NCBI GenBank assembly: GCA_965235115.1
Contig: OZ249436.1
Location: 39,496,001-39,560,000 of the forward strand
From: Laetmonice hystrix
Taxonomy: Eukaryota
Length of the DNA: 64,000 nt
Direction: 5' to 3'
This document shows positions 53,037 through 64,000 of this stretch, one piece after another. Position 1 is the stretch's first letter, and every line of letters starts with the position of its first letter. Under the pieces are notes generated by a model. That model had not been told where the DNA came from. It saw only the letters and a program-made list of their open reading frames with translations, and ran no database searches. A program made the translations under genes and the position numbers.

Positions 53037-55519
53037 GGTCCAGTTGAACTGCAATGTTGTTTTCACTGTGGTTGCAATAACACTGTATGAACAGATGGCG
53101 TTCATAAAAAACGGCGCATGACTTCAGTGACAGCATTGTGTACACTTTGTAAACAGAGTACTTACGTAACTCTGCTTAACCACTGACCTGATACTGGTCG
53201 CTCTGCCAAACAATCGTTGACATCTATTGATTGTGCCGGGAAACTCTTAACGTACTCTACATATTGCATTACGCAACTCAACAATAGCCATAAATATTGG
53301 ACTTCTAACTGCGGAGGAAACCCGTCACTGTCCCAGATGGCAGATGGCAGATTCTCTAGCACAGAACTCACTTTCATAGCATAGCACCAGTATGGTACTT
53401 CTTGATGATGGAGGTTCTGACTCCCATGTTTTATTCATACAACATTAGCCTTATTGGCACAGAAATATAAATCATTTAATGTGTTGTATCATATGTGTTC
53501 TGTGCCATGGAAAACGCAAGATTGTAACAACATAGCACATCATCAAAAGACTATAATATCATTCTACCATTAATGAAGAAATAATATTCATGTACACATA
53601 TAGTATGTAGGCCTATTTAAATGTATAAATATCTGCGTTAAACTCTGCAAATTGTAAAAAGGAGTTGTTTCCAAAGAGGACAGAGACTGGGTCAAACTAC
53701 GAGTAGACTTTGAGCGTTGGAGACAGCACAAACCCATCTGTTTAAATAGATGAATGTACGGTTGAAAGTTTACATTGTACTCCCCCACACTACGATAGGC
53801 TTGACTTGCATGACGTGATGTAATACAACACTACATTATACATCACCATCAAACTCCACTGACGAGCATTACCTTCATCATGAACCAAACATGTTACTGA
53901 CATGCAACTGCAATGGAAAACGCCTTGTCAATGGAAAGGTACACCCAGCCATAAGAAAAACAAACTCAAGATGACCATTTACTAGAAAAGACTCAGTTTC
54001 CCACGCTAATTTTAAGTTCAAACACAGGAAATGGGATGAAATGAAAGTCAACATGTTTGCTGATAAAGTCAACACATCAAGAGTGCACCTGATGAACAAA
54101 AAGAGAGGGGGGCCGGTTTTTGATTATTTTTCCTACGTGTGGTTTGAGTGATAGGATTGAAAGGCCTGCTTGTACGTATTGTTATAGCCTAGATCATGTC
54201 TCACACAACATCAGTGTCGTCTGCATGTCCCTGGTGACACGATAGGGACCAACGTTCATATCAACAACTCGGAAATTCTGCGAGGAAGGGCTGCCACTGG
54301 CTGCACACTATCCAAAAAAATATAAAAATGGTTTTCTTAAAACACATCTGTAAGATACTTGGAATGCTTAACTATATATAATGGTGCCACTACTTCATTT
54401 GGGGTACATTTCCTGACGAAAGGACGACAAAATCGGATATTTTCCATTGGATTGAAAAAGACCCGGTTTGTTTTGGGGTTCTGCACATTAGTAGCAGGAA
54501 AACGATATTTGTACCCTTTTAGAGATCGAAGCATTTTCCAACACTTTCTACACATGATCATTTTGATACTTCCTTTTACGTATGGTGGATAACTGATCAT
54601 GATGCACGAACTCAAAAAGTAACCTGTCCCCACCCCCGCCATCGGTCTCAGACACAGCCCAAACAACGACAGTGGCGTCACCTGGGAGCAGCCTCCGCCG
54701 TTAACCGCTCCGGTTGGCTTGTATTTTATGACAGTCGATCAGTCAACTGTTGGCAGAGCATTCATGGATTATACATAATAATGTACCAACTTCATCAAAC
54801 TGTCATCGTAATGATCCCAACGCCCTCCGTATACCTACTGCAATCACCTCTCCCCGTTATAAAATAACAATAATAATCTAGTTTATTGGCCTAGAGGAAA
54901 TAATACCTTCCTTACTAAACCCTTTACATCCAGTTATTAAATATGGTCTCAGACCAGTATGAGAACCTCGGCTCGAAGACGGGATAGATGTGAAAACCGG
55001 GTGTCACATGAAAAGAACAAAAAGTTACCCCCAAACCTCTGTCTATGCACCTGTTTTATCTGTTATGGCAGACAGCTGGTGGTGGGGCAGATATCATACA
55101 GACAAGGGCCCTCAGTGGGGAGTGAATGTTTATTTTATAGAAAGGTGGAGGATGTGGGAGAAAGCCACAGTGCCACTGAATCTCTCAGCATGAGGTCTCG
55201 ATGGGTGCTCTGAATCATAGATCTCTGTCTGATACAACTACAATGCCACTATACACCGCTGGGAACACAATCCACGCTATAATATCACTCGTATTGTAAC
55301 AATCCCAATATAATTATACGTTAACTGTCAATGTGCCAAAAATCAAACATCGACAAAATTTCGACAAAAAAAGTTTCTTTCTCAATTTACTGTGGTCTCT
55401 GATATCCCACCTGCACCGCCTTTATTCCTGGGCCACTGAGATTAATAAAATTATAGGATTCTTTCTCACTTCATCGTCATTACCAAACCCCTCACACTCC
55501 GGGGTACACTCGCTTCCAT

Positions 55520-55582
55520 GACTGAACAAATGTCCCTGAATATGGCTGAAATACTGCTAACACGGGGTAAAACCACCAACAC
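55520..55582 (+). mobile_element. SINE/LINE 3' tail fragment
   Basis: ccctgaa..gctgaaatactgct...gtaaaaccacc resembles the tail of the 26792-27137 SINE. Confidence 0.5.
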
Positions 55583-58250
55583 CATAACTCATTTCGATTC
55601 CAGTAGGTCCAATACAATATTCTCTTTCCGTACATTGTTAAAGTGAACTGGGTTACCCCGATGCCCGTGCACAGTAGGGATAGAGTCCCTCTAACTCCCC
55701 TAAATAAATCAATCAACTACTCCGCTCTTGTCCAGGTTTACTAGAATTCAACAGATTAGTGTTAGCATCTGACGATCTGACCGCGCTCACTATTATATCC
55801 ACATTCGGTTATTTTTGGAGGCGGTCTTTCAATTTAAACTGTGTTACAGGGTGATGAGGCAAAGTGCCAACCCCTCCAGGTCGTCTATTGTATGGCAGTC
55901 AATGGGACTCTCCGACCCTGGAGGGGTTTCCCTGGCGTACCCCAGACCTGCCGACCTCCCCTCATCTCCGCATGTTATCAAGCCCACCATCAGGGTCACT
56001 GCCGGAGGAGGAGGGGGGGGCGACAACCCCTGGAGAACAATGTTGAACAATCGGTGCCCTCCAAGATAGCGACACGACTGGGTGCGTGGTACCACAGGGC
56101 CTGGAGGAGCTCTCCCCTGGACGGATCTCTTCCTCCAGGGTGGGAGTCCGCCCAGCACCTCCTGGGTTCCCACCAGCTGTACCCGATCATATATAATACC
56201 CGCGCCCCGACCTTTACCTCCGACACACGTGGACAGAATGCTACAGTCCATCATCTATTGACAGCACTGATAGCAAATGCGACCGCCCACTGAGTGGGGT
56301 GTTTCCCGGGGGAAAGTTTAAAGTTCACATGTCCAACTGATTCATCTAGCTAAAAATTACTCCGCATTGACGTTAAATGTTGATGACTGCACCCGGTTTA
56401 AACTTGACTAAATCCTGTAGCTAACTGCGTTGCGTAGAGGCCCCTATCCGTATGAACTTTGTGTTACCTCCAAGATAAGGATGTCAAACCAGGACTGTGA
56501 TAAACCCTGGGCAGAGTCTGACTGCTTGGCAACTCGCCATTATTGTTAAACATCAGCTGATCGTCGCCAACGGAACCGATCCATCCTTACAAGCACATAT
56601 ACATACAGAGCTCTCAAACCTGTCAGTTCTTTTAAACACTTGGCCTGTAGTAGTAACTAGCCGTGTCCGCACGGGCACCTGTGCACGCACGGGTAGCTTG
56701 GCCACTTTCCTGGCAAGGCGACCCCCATCATCTGGCCCTGCGCCCAAACTTCCTGGCACAACCTACCACCTACAAATCATCAAACGCTGCTACGCTGGAC
56801 TTGAAAGAATCAACCGTCCAATGATAAGAAGTCCCAGCCAGGTGTCGGCTTCGGTGTTGGTTGACCATGAAAATATGCACCCCCCCTCCTCCAGACAGAA
56901 CAAGACACACTGTTGTCAGGTCCATTACATTTCCCTGCCTAGTTTCCATGAAGCGGAGTACGTATCCTGTCGGGTGCACCTGTCGTGTGCCTTCTTTTAC
57001 AAAAAAACTTATCTGCGCCCATGAATATCATCGTTGTACGACCTTAATATGGGCCTTTGACAACCAACTTCTCTAACTATGCCAGATACGTAACAGATGT
57101 CTCATGTTCTTTAAGTTTTTGGTTCCAAACGGATTGGGGCCTATCACAAAACCGGAGTTGAAAAATTGTCTTTGAGCTCTCAGATTTGAGCAATGTTAAA
57201 ATGATAAATCTAGGAGTTCCGAAAAGATCGTTTCTTCTATTAACATTTGCCAGACTATATCTCCAGGGAAGGCTGCCATGTTGGTGACCTTTGCTGCCAC
57301 CATTGGCAGCCGCGTGTTTAATGCGTGGCTGGTCGTAGTTCATAACATTAGATTTAGAGTGCAACTCTACAATCTGCCAGTCCCAGACCAGAGGAACACG
57401 TACGTAACATGGCACTCTGTAACGTCCGTACCTTATTCTTAGCCTGTACAGTCTGCTACAAGTCATATTTTTAGGTCTTGCTTTTCAAGTTTAGCACATA
57501 AAAACACCAGGTCGATTTCAGTTTCTAGAAGAACCTATTTTGAGCAAAGTGTTATCGTATATATTCTACCATAGTCATTGCCTGTTTGGAATAAAAAAAA
57601 TATTTAAATGTGCTGAAGACCGAGGATTGAGAGCTGCACAAATAATATAGGCCATATTAGAACGACAGTGGACATACGGGTCTATCAGACGTACGGTTTT
57701 CTCACTTGACTGAGCCAAAAGCCATCCTCTCTCTCTACGAGCAAAGTTGCCCAACACTTGTTTCAAGAACTCGGGTCTAATTTCGCAGGCTGTCTTTACA
57801 ACGCCTACGAACTGCCTGACAGAGGCAGTCAATTCGTGTGGCTCTAGTTTTAAAGGTCACTGTGCACTCATTATCTATCGCCCAATGACCCTTCAGTTCA
57901 AGACTTTGCAATCAGAGTCACCCGCGAGTTTGGCCTCGGATCTTGTGAAAGAAAATGTTGCCTTTTCACGTTCAACGTGGTGATGTACACTGAGACTCGT
58001 TTTGCAAGATTTGTAAGTCTGACTATGCACGAGTGAATTCAAACCGTTTAATTTGCGGAAATTGATATCCTTTCCATCATAGGAATAAGAACATGATGCT
58101 GTTACATCCTGGCGACTGAACCCATCAGCTACCCTCGACAGATAGTAGTAAATATTCGTTTGATTGATGATACTATTAGAAACTATTAGACATACATTTC
58201 CATCTTGCTCACACCTCTTTCTGCCAATGATACCCAGCAGCATTGCCATC

Positions 58251-58314
58251 AATGGCTGTTCCAGTCGGATTAAGAAAAATATAATGGCTGTTCCAGTCGG
58301 ATTAAGAAAAATAT
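58251..58314. repeat. 32-bp tandem duplication
   Basis: aatggctgttccagtcggattaagaaaaatat x2. Confidence 0.9.
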
Positions 58315-58467
58315 AAGATCATTTCGTTATTGCACTTTTTTTTACCATTGCAGGCAACTGAGGCAGTACAACCTTACACAAACCTAGCATATCCTGGAAG
58401 GCTAAAATGTATACCGTAATACTATTAGTTAAGGGGCAGACAATATGCTGCCATCCTAACATTTTAC

Positions 58468-58533
58468 CTGTTGTTTGGGAGGAAGGTGGCGACACACCGT
58501 CATCGTCAGAATCCGATGTCAGCGACTGAGGGT
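58468..58533 (-). CDS. DLG5: DLG5 upstream exon (DPQSLTSDSDDDGVSPPSSQTT)
   Basis: ttgtttttacag acceptor, CAG/gtaaaa donor, 66 nt, phase 1-1; joins in frame to the 29773 exon across a 28.7-kb intron. Confidence 0.7.
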
Positions 58534-61341
58534 CTGTAAAAACAAGGAGACAAATGTTACTTGACAGTCAGCAGGAAAACTGAGCAACCCGTAATCCTTT
58601 CAAACGTCATGGAGACAGGGTCATCGTGATTTTAATCTATTCAACCAAAGAGGTGTAAGAAAATCATTTTTTCTACAGGGGAGGCCCGACGTGGGTCTAA
58701 TTTCTAAATCGTACTAAACAAGTTACTCAAGTAATAAAATCCTATGTATTTATTCTCGTTCTGCTGCTCATAATCGACTCTATATTTTCATATATATCAC
58801 ATATATAATATATGTATCATCATATAATGTACATATCTACGAGCTGCATTCCTCCATTAATTGGCCATAACAATGAAGACCTTGAAAAAGTGCTCTCTAT
58901 TGAGTACATCTACTATTAGAGTTTTTCTCACACAGTTCTGTATCCGTGATGGAATTTACCATCAGTCGACTGTTACAAACAGACCATCACCACTATTAGT
59001 GTCATATAGAAATCTATACTGGCCATCTCCATTAATAACTGGAAATTTTGTGTTTAATATGAAACGGAGATTCATCCTTATGTATGATTCAGCAACGATG
59101 ATACATACCCTGACTCACTAGTTGTGCCCAATAAACGAGCTGACACCATACAATACAAAAATGCTGAGCAATCATCTGTTAAGCTGACAATCTCTGTAGA
59201 ATTTAACAAAGTGAAGTTGCAGAACGCCGCCTGCTCTATGTTGTCCTGTGGCCCTCACTGAGATGTATTTACTGTTACAGTATTATAGTAATGGCATGAT
59301 GCCAGGCCAATGATCTTATAGCCTGCTTGCTAGGCCACTGCTTGAGGAGGCTGAGCCATTGGAGTAGGTCTGCCCCATATTTCACACCTGGGGGTCTAAC
59401 TAGATCGTGAGTGGCGTTTTTTTTTTTTAGCTTTGCAAGCCTAGATTCTACTCTGGCCTGGAGACTGGGGTAGATGGTTTCCACAATCTGACAAAAAATT
59501 ACCCAAAAAAAATTCAAATATTGCATAATATTTCTCAGGGAGCTATACATTACATGTACTTTACCAGCATGTCAAAGTTTGATGAGCGGTCTCGAAAGTA
59601 TTTTCTAAATGAGGAATTTTATAATAGTTTGATCTACACTAATAGTTACACTCCTACAGCCGAGCAATAATTGCGGTGATGGTACTATAAATGTATGTAC
59701 CATTAATTAGCTGACATACGAGTAAGTTTCTGACAGTCTGTCACTAGGCTCCTACTCATGCGTAAAAACATGCCGCTTGATTAACCTATAACTCACGGAC
59801 AGGACAAAATAGTGATACTGCAATTACAAAGTTACTGCCGAGATTGATACAGGAAACAAAATGTTAATTACGCTCTTTTTTATATATTATTGCCAGTTTT
59901 ACTGACTACAGCATCTGGGACATGCCTAAACTGTTCCCCCTCCCATGGCCACTGTATTTGGAATAGGACTTGGGATGATCTCTATTAATTAAAAAAGCTC
60001 TATTTTTCTACATATTTGAAGAGTCTGCTTATATGGTATTTAGCCTGTCAAGTCATCAGATTCATATTCAGTACTAATTACGCAGAGAAAATCCGATGAG
60101 CGCGTCATTAAGGGATAGGCGTACAATGTTAAAAAGACCCAATTATATCCTAATCACTGGACGACCTAATTTCGTCTCTGTATGCCAGCCTTCACTATAC
60201 ACCCGTGGTGCAATACACTCCTTCCGTGCTAGGCAACTGACATAAATGACTATTTTTTTCAAACAAATTTTTACTGTAATTAACAGATTATCATATTCGT
60301 TATTCTAATCATGCCTGCAAGTACTGGAACGTTTCAGCAATTTCATTTGAAAGTTTTCACCTTAGCTTAGTTCCAGTAATTTAATCAACTGCCAGGGACG
60401 TACCAACTAAATACATCCTAGCTTCAAGCAGTGATGAGAAACTTGACCCCTCGCCATGATCCTCTATAGGTTTGGATCGGGTAACTGGTAACAACTTGTT
60501 CCAGACATGTATCTCAGACTCTGAACCTATATCCAAATACGAGATTTGTTGCAGGAGTCTGTGGAAGACTTCCAAAAACTCCAATACTTTTACGGTATTT
60601 CTTGATGCGACTTGAGATTTAGGTCGAACGAGTTCCACTTGACTAGTGGATCCTTGGGCCGAGTATGGGCTCATTCTTTCTGCACGCAGTGTGGGCCGCC
60701 GTCATTGTGTGCGGTATCAGTTTAGTGTTACACTCAGGCCGGCCGTGACAGCTATCAAACATAAACCTCGACGCTTCAAGTGTTTATATCTTGGTGGCAA
60801 AGACACAACAGACGCCCGTCCCAAGGCCTGTCTAATCAGTCGTGTCCGACTGGACTTTGTCATGCACAATATCGCCGCACACTAAAACCGGGGCCCCTAG
60901 AGGACGGGAACGAAAGCCCACCGTGAACAGTGAAGAAGCGGTTTACGTCCACGTATCGTGGTTACATTGTCTAACCTAATTAAATCTCAATTTAATGTAC
61001 ATTTCAAATATATTATCATTGTTTTGGTTGATTCTGATGAACGTACAAAGTCCATGCTCTTCCAGATATCACAACCCATCTTTAAGTAACCCATAAGTAA
61101 GACCTGCTTGGAATTCTTCTAATGTATTTAGGATAACGAACAGCCATTTAGGAATGTTAGACCAACTACGTTCTCCTAAATTGAGAGTGCAAATGCAGTA
61201 TATATCGCTATGCAAAATGGTTATAACGTCGCCTGTGCTACAGAAGGTGGAACTAAAATGGCAGGAGCTAGCCTCAGCCAGCTCAGAGAGTTTGGTGGTG
61301 GGACGACCCTGATCAGGTCCAGAAAATCCTCCTCTCCTTAC

Positions 61342-61402
61342 CACAGTAACACATCCACGTGACCTTGACCTGCGCTGATGGGGCTGTTTCCAAGACATCC
61401 AT
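61342..61402 (-). CDS. Candidate alternative first coding exon of DLG5 (MDVLETAPSAQVKVTWMCYC)
   Basis: ATGG start after an in-frame TAG; TG/gtaagg donor in phase 1 matching the 58533 acceptor. Confidence 0.35.
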
Positions 61403-63806
61403 CAGCCCTAGCTTCCAATGCCATCCTCCTCCGTCGTCAGCCTACACCACACAGGATCCGGGGATAAATAATACTTGGGGCTCCCATCAATCCACCAAAT
61501 CTGTGCCTTGGGTTCGCCGCTCAGCGTCCTCCTCACACCCATGCACACACCCACCCCATACACTCCAGTTACGGGTTTGCCCCTGATCTCCAGTACCTAT
61601 CAGTCCATGGGCTCAGCCTGCTTGGATCCGGCTGGCAGACGGCACTGAAGGCTGCTGGACTGGGTGTGTGTGTGGAGCTAGGTCTGGATCCTACACTGCA
61701 CATCTCCGGCCTGGAGCATCCAGCCATCCAGGAAGAGGGCAGCCTGTTTGTTTCTACTTTGAGAAGTTGTTGCTCTAACTCTTTCCTGGTGCTCCCTAAA
61801 CTCCATCAGAAACTCCCAACACCAGGTCTTCAGTTCCCCGTCATGCAGGAGGCTAAAAGTAAAATCTAAAACACCCATCCATCCACAACACTGACATTTA
61901 CGGTGAAGATACCAAAGAAACACTTTCTGCTTGGGACCAGTTGTTGCATCTGTTTCTCCTGGTACATAATATTACATTTATCTTCTGTGTCACTTATTCA
62001 AGTGAAAATGTTGTGAGATGATTTGTTGTGTGTTATGGGTAAGAGTTGGTGTTGCGTGCTAGTCAGGCCCTGGTGGGGGAAGTTGTAAACTAGGTCAGGT
62101 AGTGTTTGTGAGGCTAGCAGGCTAGGTTTACACTATGCCACCTCGCAGACCAGAAGCAGGGGCCCGCTACCGCCCCCCCCCCCTCTCCTCCCTGGCTGCA
62201 GGATGATAGTGGTGATCTCAAAGCCATGGAGCCTGTGATGTCACTATCTAAATAGGTCTCTAATCTATGACACACTAATACACGCGTAAAAAATCGGCCT
62301 TTACACAGTTGAAAATCAGCACTGTGGTGTCACCAGGTTTCACAACTACTACATGGTCACTTTAGTTCAAAGGATTTAGGAAAATAGTTTAAAACGTATA
62401 TATATATAATACATGAAACTATATAGGCCTAATAACGTATACTTACATGCATGCAAGAAGGTTTCTAAGGTTTAACTAATGAAATTACTGCTCTTCATAC
62501 AAAATTCAGATGTCATTACAGAACACACTTTAATGGTAGCGATAACTAAAATGACAAATGTGTTTCCCAGTAAATTATCCTCAAACTGTGATATACCAAT
62601 TCCATGCTTATTAACTTATTCTACTGTAGTATATGAACATATTTCACTAGTCTTACCCTGCATTAATCTGAACATTCTATATCAAGCGATTACTTTGTAT
62701 TATTTTCACATTTTCACTAGTCTAATAATGCATTTCAAAACTAAGTATAAAATGGTTCTGTGAAGTCTGTGAAATGAACCTCGACAATAATAGGCATAAC
62801 CCCAAAGGATTGAGATGGAAAAAGAAAGTTTTCATTTAGTTTTTTTTTACGGCTTAACCAGAGTTAGGTCTGAGACGGTCTCTCTAAAAACTAGACTCGT
62901 GCTCTAACCCATCAATGAGTTCTGCATCGCCAAGTCCAAAATGATGCCCCTGAAGGATAATCAATGGTTACAATGACCATCATCAGACCATCATGGCACT
63001 AGCTCAAACACGTGTTGTTCTATCTCACACAATAACATGGGTCAAAGGTCAATGCTCATTGTAAACAGTCATAGCTACCTGATTACCTAGACTGACAATT
63101 ACTTCTGAAAGTAGGTCATCCCAAATTATTTGAAAGGGTAGCCAGGTTTTACACTGCTTTTACAGGTGACCAAGTGACGTCTCTGGCAGCACATGTAAAC
63201 TATGATTTTAAATACGGTGTACGTAGTATAGATATAAATTTAAACTATGATTTCAAACTAAATTCATGCATTTTAAATGTTGCGTAAATGTATTTTTTTA
63301 ACCAATGAAACTATAATCTAAAAAGTAAAGTTCAGAACCTAGCTATGACCTCAAATCTTTCCTTGTTGCATTGTAGAAAGTGGCATTTTTTAGTACCTTC
63401 GTAATATGAAACTTCCTTACTATGGCTTATAGCACTGACACTTTTATTGCAGTATCATGGTTACAAATTAAGTTGACAAGTGGTCATTATGCAACATCAC
63501 AGTGAATAGTGATATCTTTCTGGTCAAACTCGTAGGTACACCTCATGTTCCCAAGGCCTGAATGTTTTCCTATAGATCATATCAATGAAAATTTATACAA
63601 ATCAGGACATTGAACTTTTGTGTTCTACTAGAAACACCAGGTTAACTGCTAGGTCACTGGTGATTACTTCACAAAATCCATCATTTTACCCTCCCAACCT
63701 CCCCCCCCCCCCCCCCACTCCACTCTCATTTCACACTGTTCCTGGCAAACATAAAGATAACCATGATATTACACCAGGGACAGCGAACATAATGTAATAA
63801 CAGTTC

Positions 63807-63976
63807 CAGGGCCGTGCCCAGGGGGGGGGGTTTTGGGTGTCTGTAACCCCCCCTGGGTGCCAAAGGTTTTTTTATTTTTAGTTTTTTTTTAGGTCCTAAC
63901 ACTTGGATCTGTCCACCGCAACCCCCCTCCCCTGCACCAGTAACCCCCCCTGCACCAATCTCTGGGCACGGCCCTG
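63807..63976. mobile_element. 170-bp MITE
   Basis: TIR cagggccgtgcccag / ctgggcacggccctg; direct repeat agttc on both sides. Confidence 0.8.
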
Positions 63977-64000
63977 AGTTCCCTATATGAACAGGTTAGA

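Larger units (their letters stand above)
3149..58533 (-). other. DLG5: DLG5-like gene span (23 traced coding exons; 5' end not resolved)
   Basis: Exons join in phase into one ORF with DLG5 hallmarks: RRRDWAFSERDKIVLERESI, DSAIDAD..EWETE, 4 PDZ, SH3 (PGDAIYVRALCD), RRSFFRRKKHQR, GK domain ending EQKKTLWIPAGSI*. Confidence 0.93.

Noticed and set aside
56497..58252. ORFs of 85-175 aa in the large intron
   Set aside because: No recognisable domains or convincing splice structure.

Overview
Animal genomic DNA, probably a lophotrochozoan such as a mollusc (inferred from the SINE type and gene structure). The window is dominated by one large minus-strand gene, a DLG5 (Discs large 5) MAGUK scaffold. 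I traced 23 phase-consistent GT-AG coding exons from 58533 to the stop at 3149 (about 6.36 kb of CDS): coiled coil, four PDZ domains, SH3 and guanylate-kinase-like domain. The N-terminal CARD is not visible. Introns hold a 5.3-kb DIRS-type tyrosine-recombinase retrotransposon (12733-18054), a tRNA-derived SINE with a 14-bp TSD, several MITEs (two nested) and two minisatellites. The DIRS element has decayed ORFs but perfectly intact ITR/ICR termini. The most interesting observations are: a four-copy structured RNA module with covariation in the DIRS 5' region; intact cis-signals on a dead DIRS, suggesting a recently mobile non-autonomous element; several phase-1 candidate alternative first exons for DLG5, two of them Cys-rich; a 21-nt UGC-flanked microexon; and a possible nested antisense two-exon gene. 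All calls are by eye, with no database searches.
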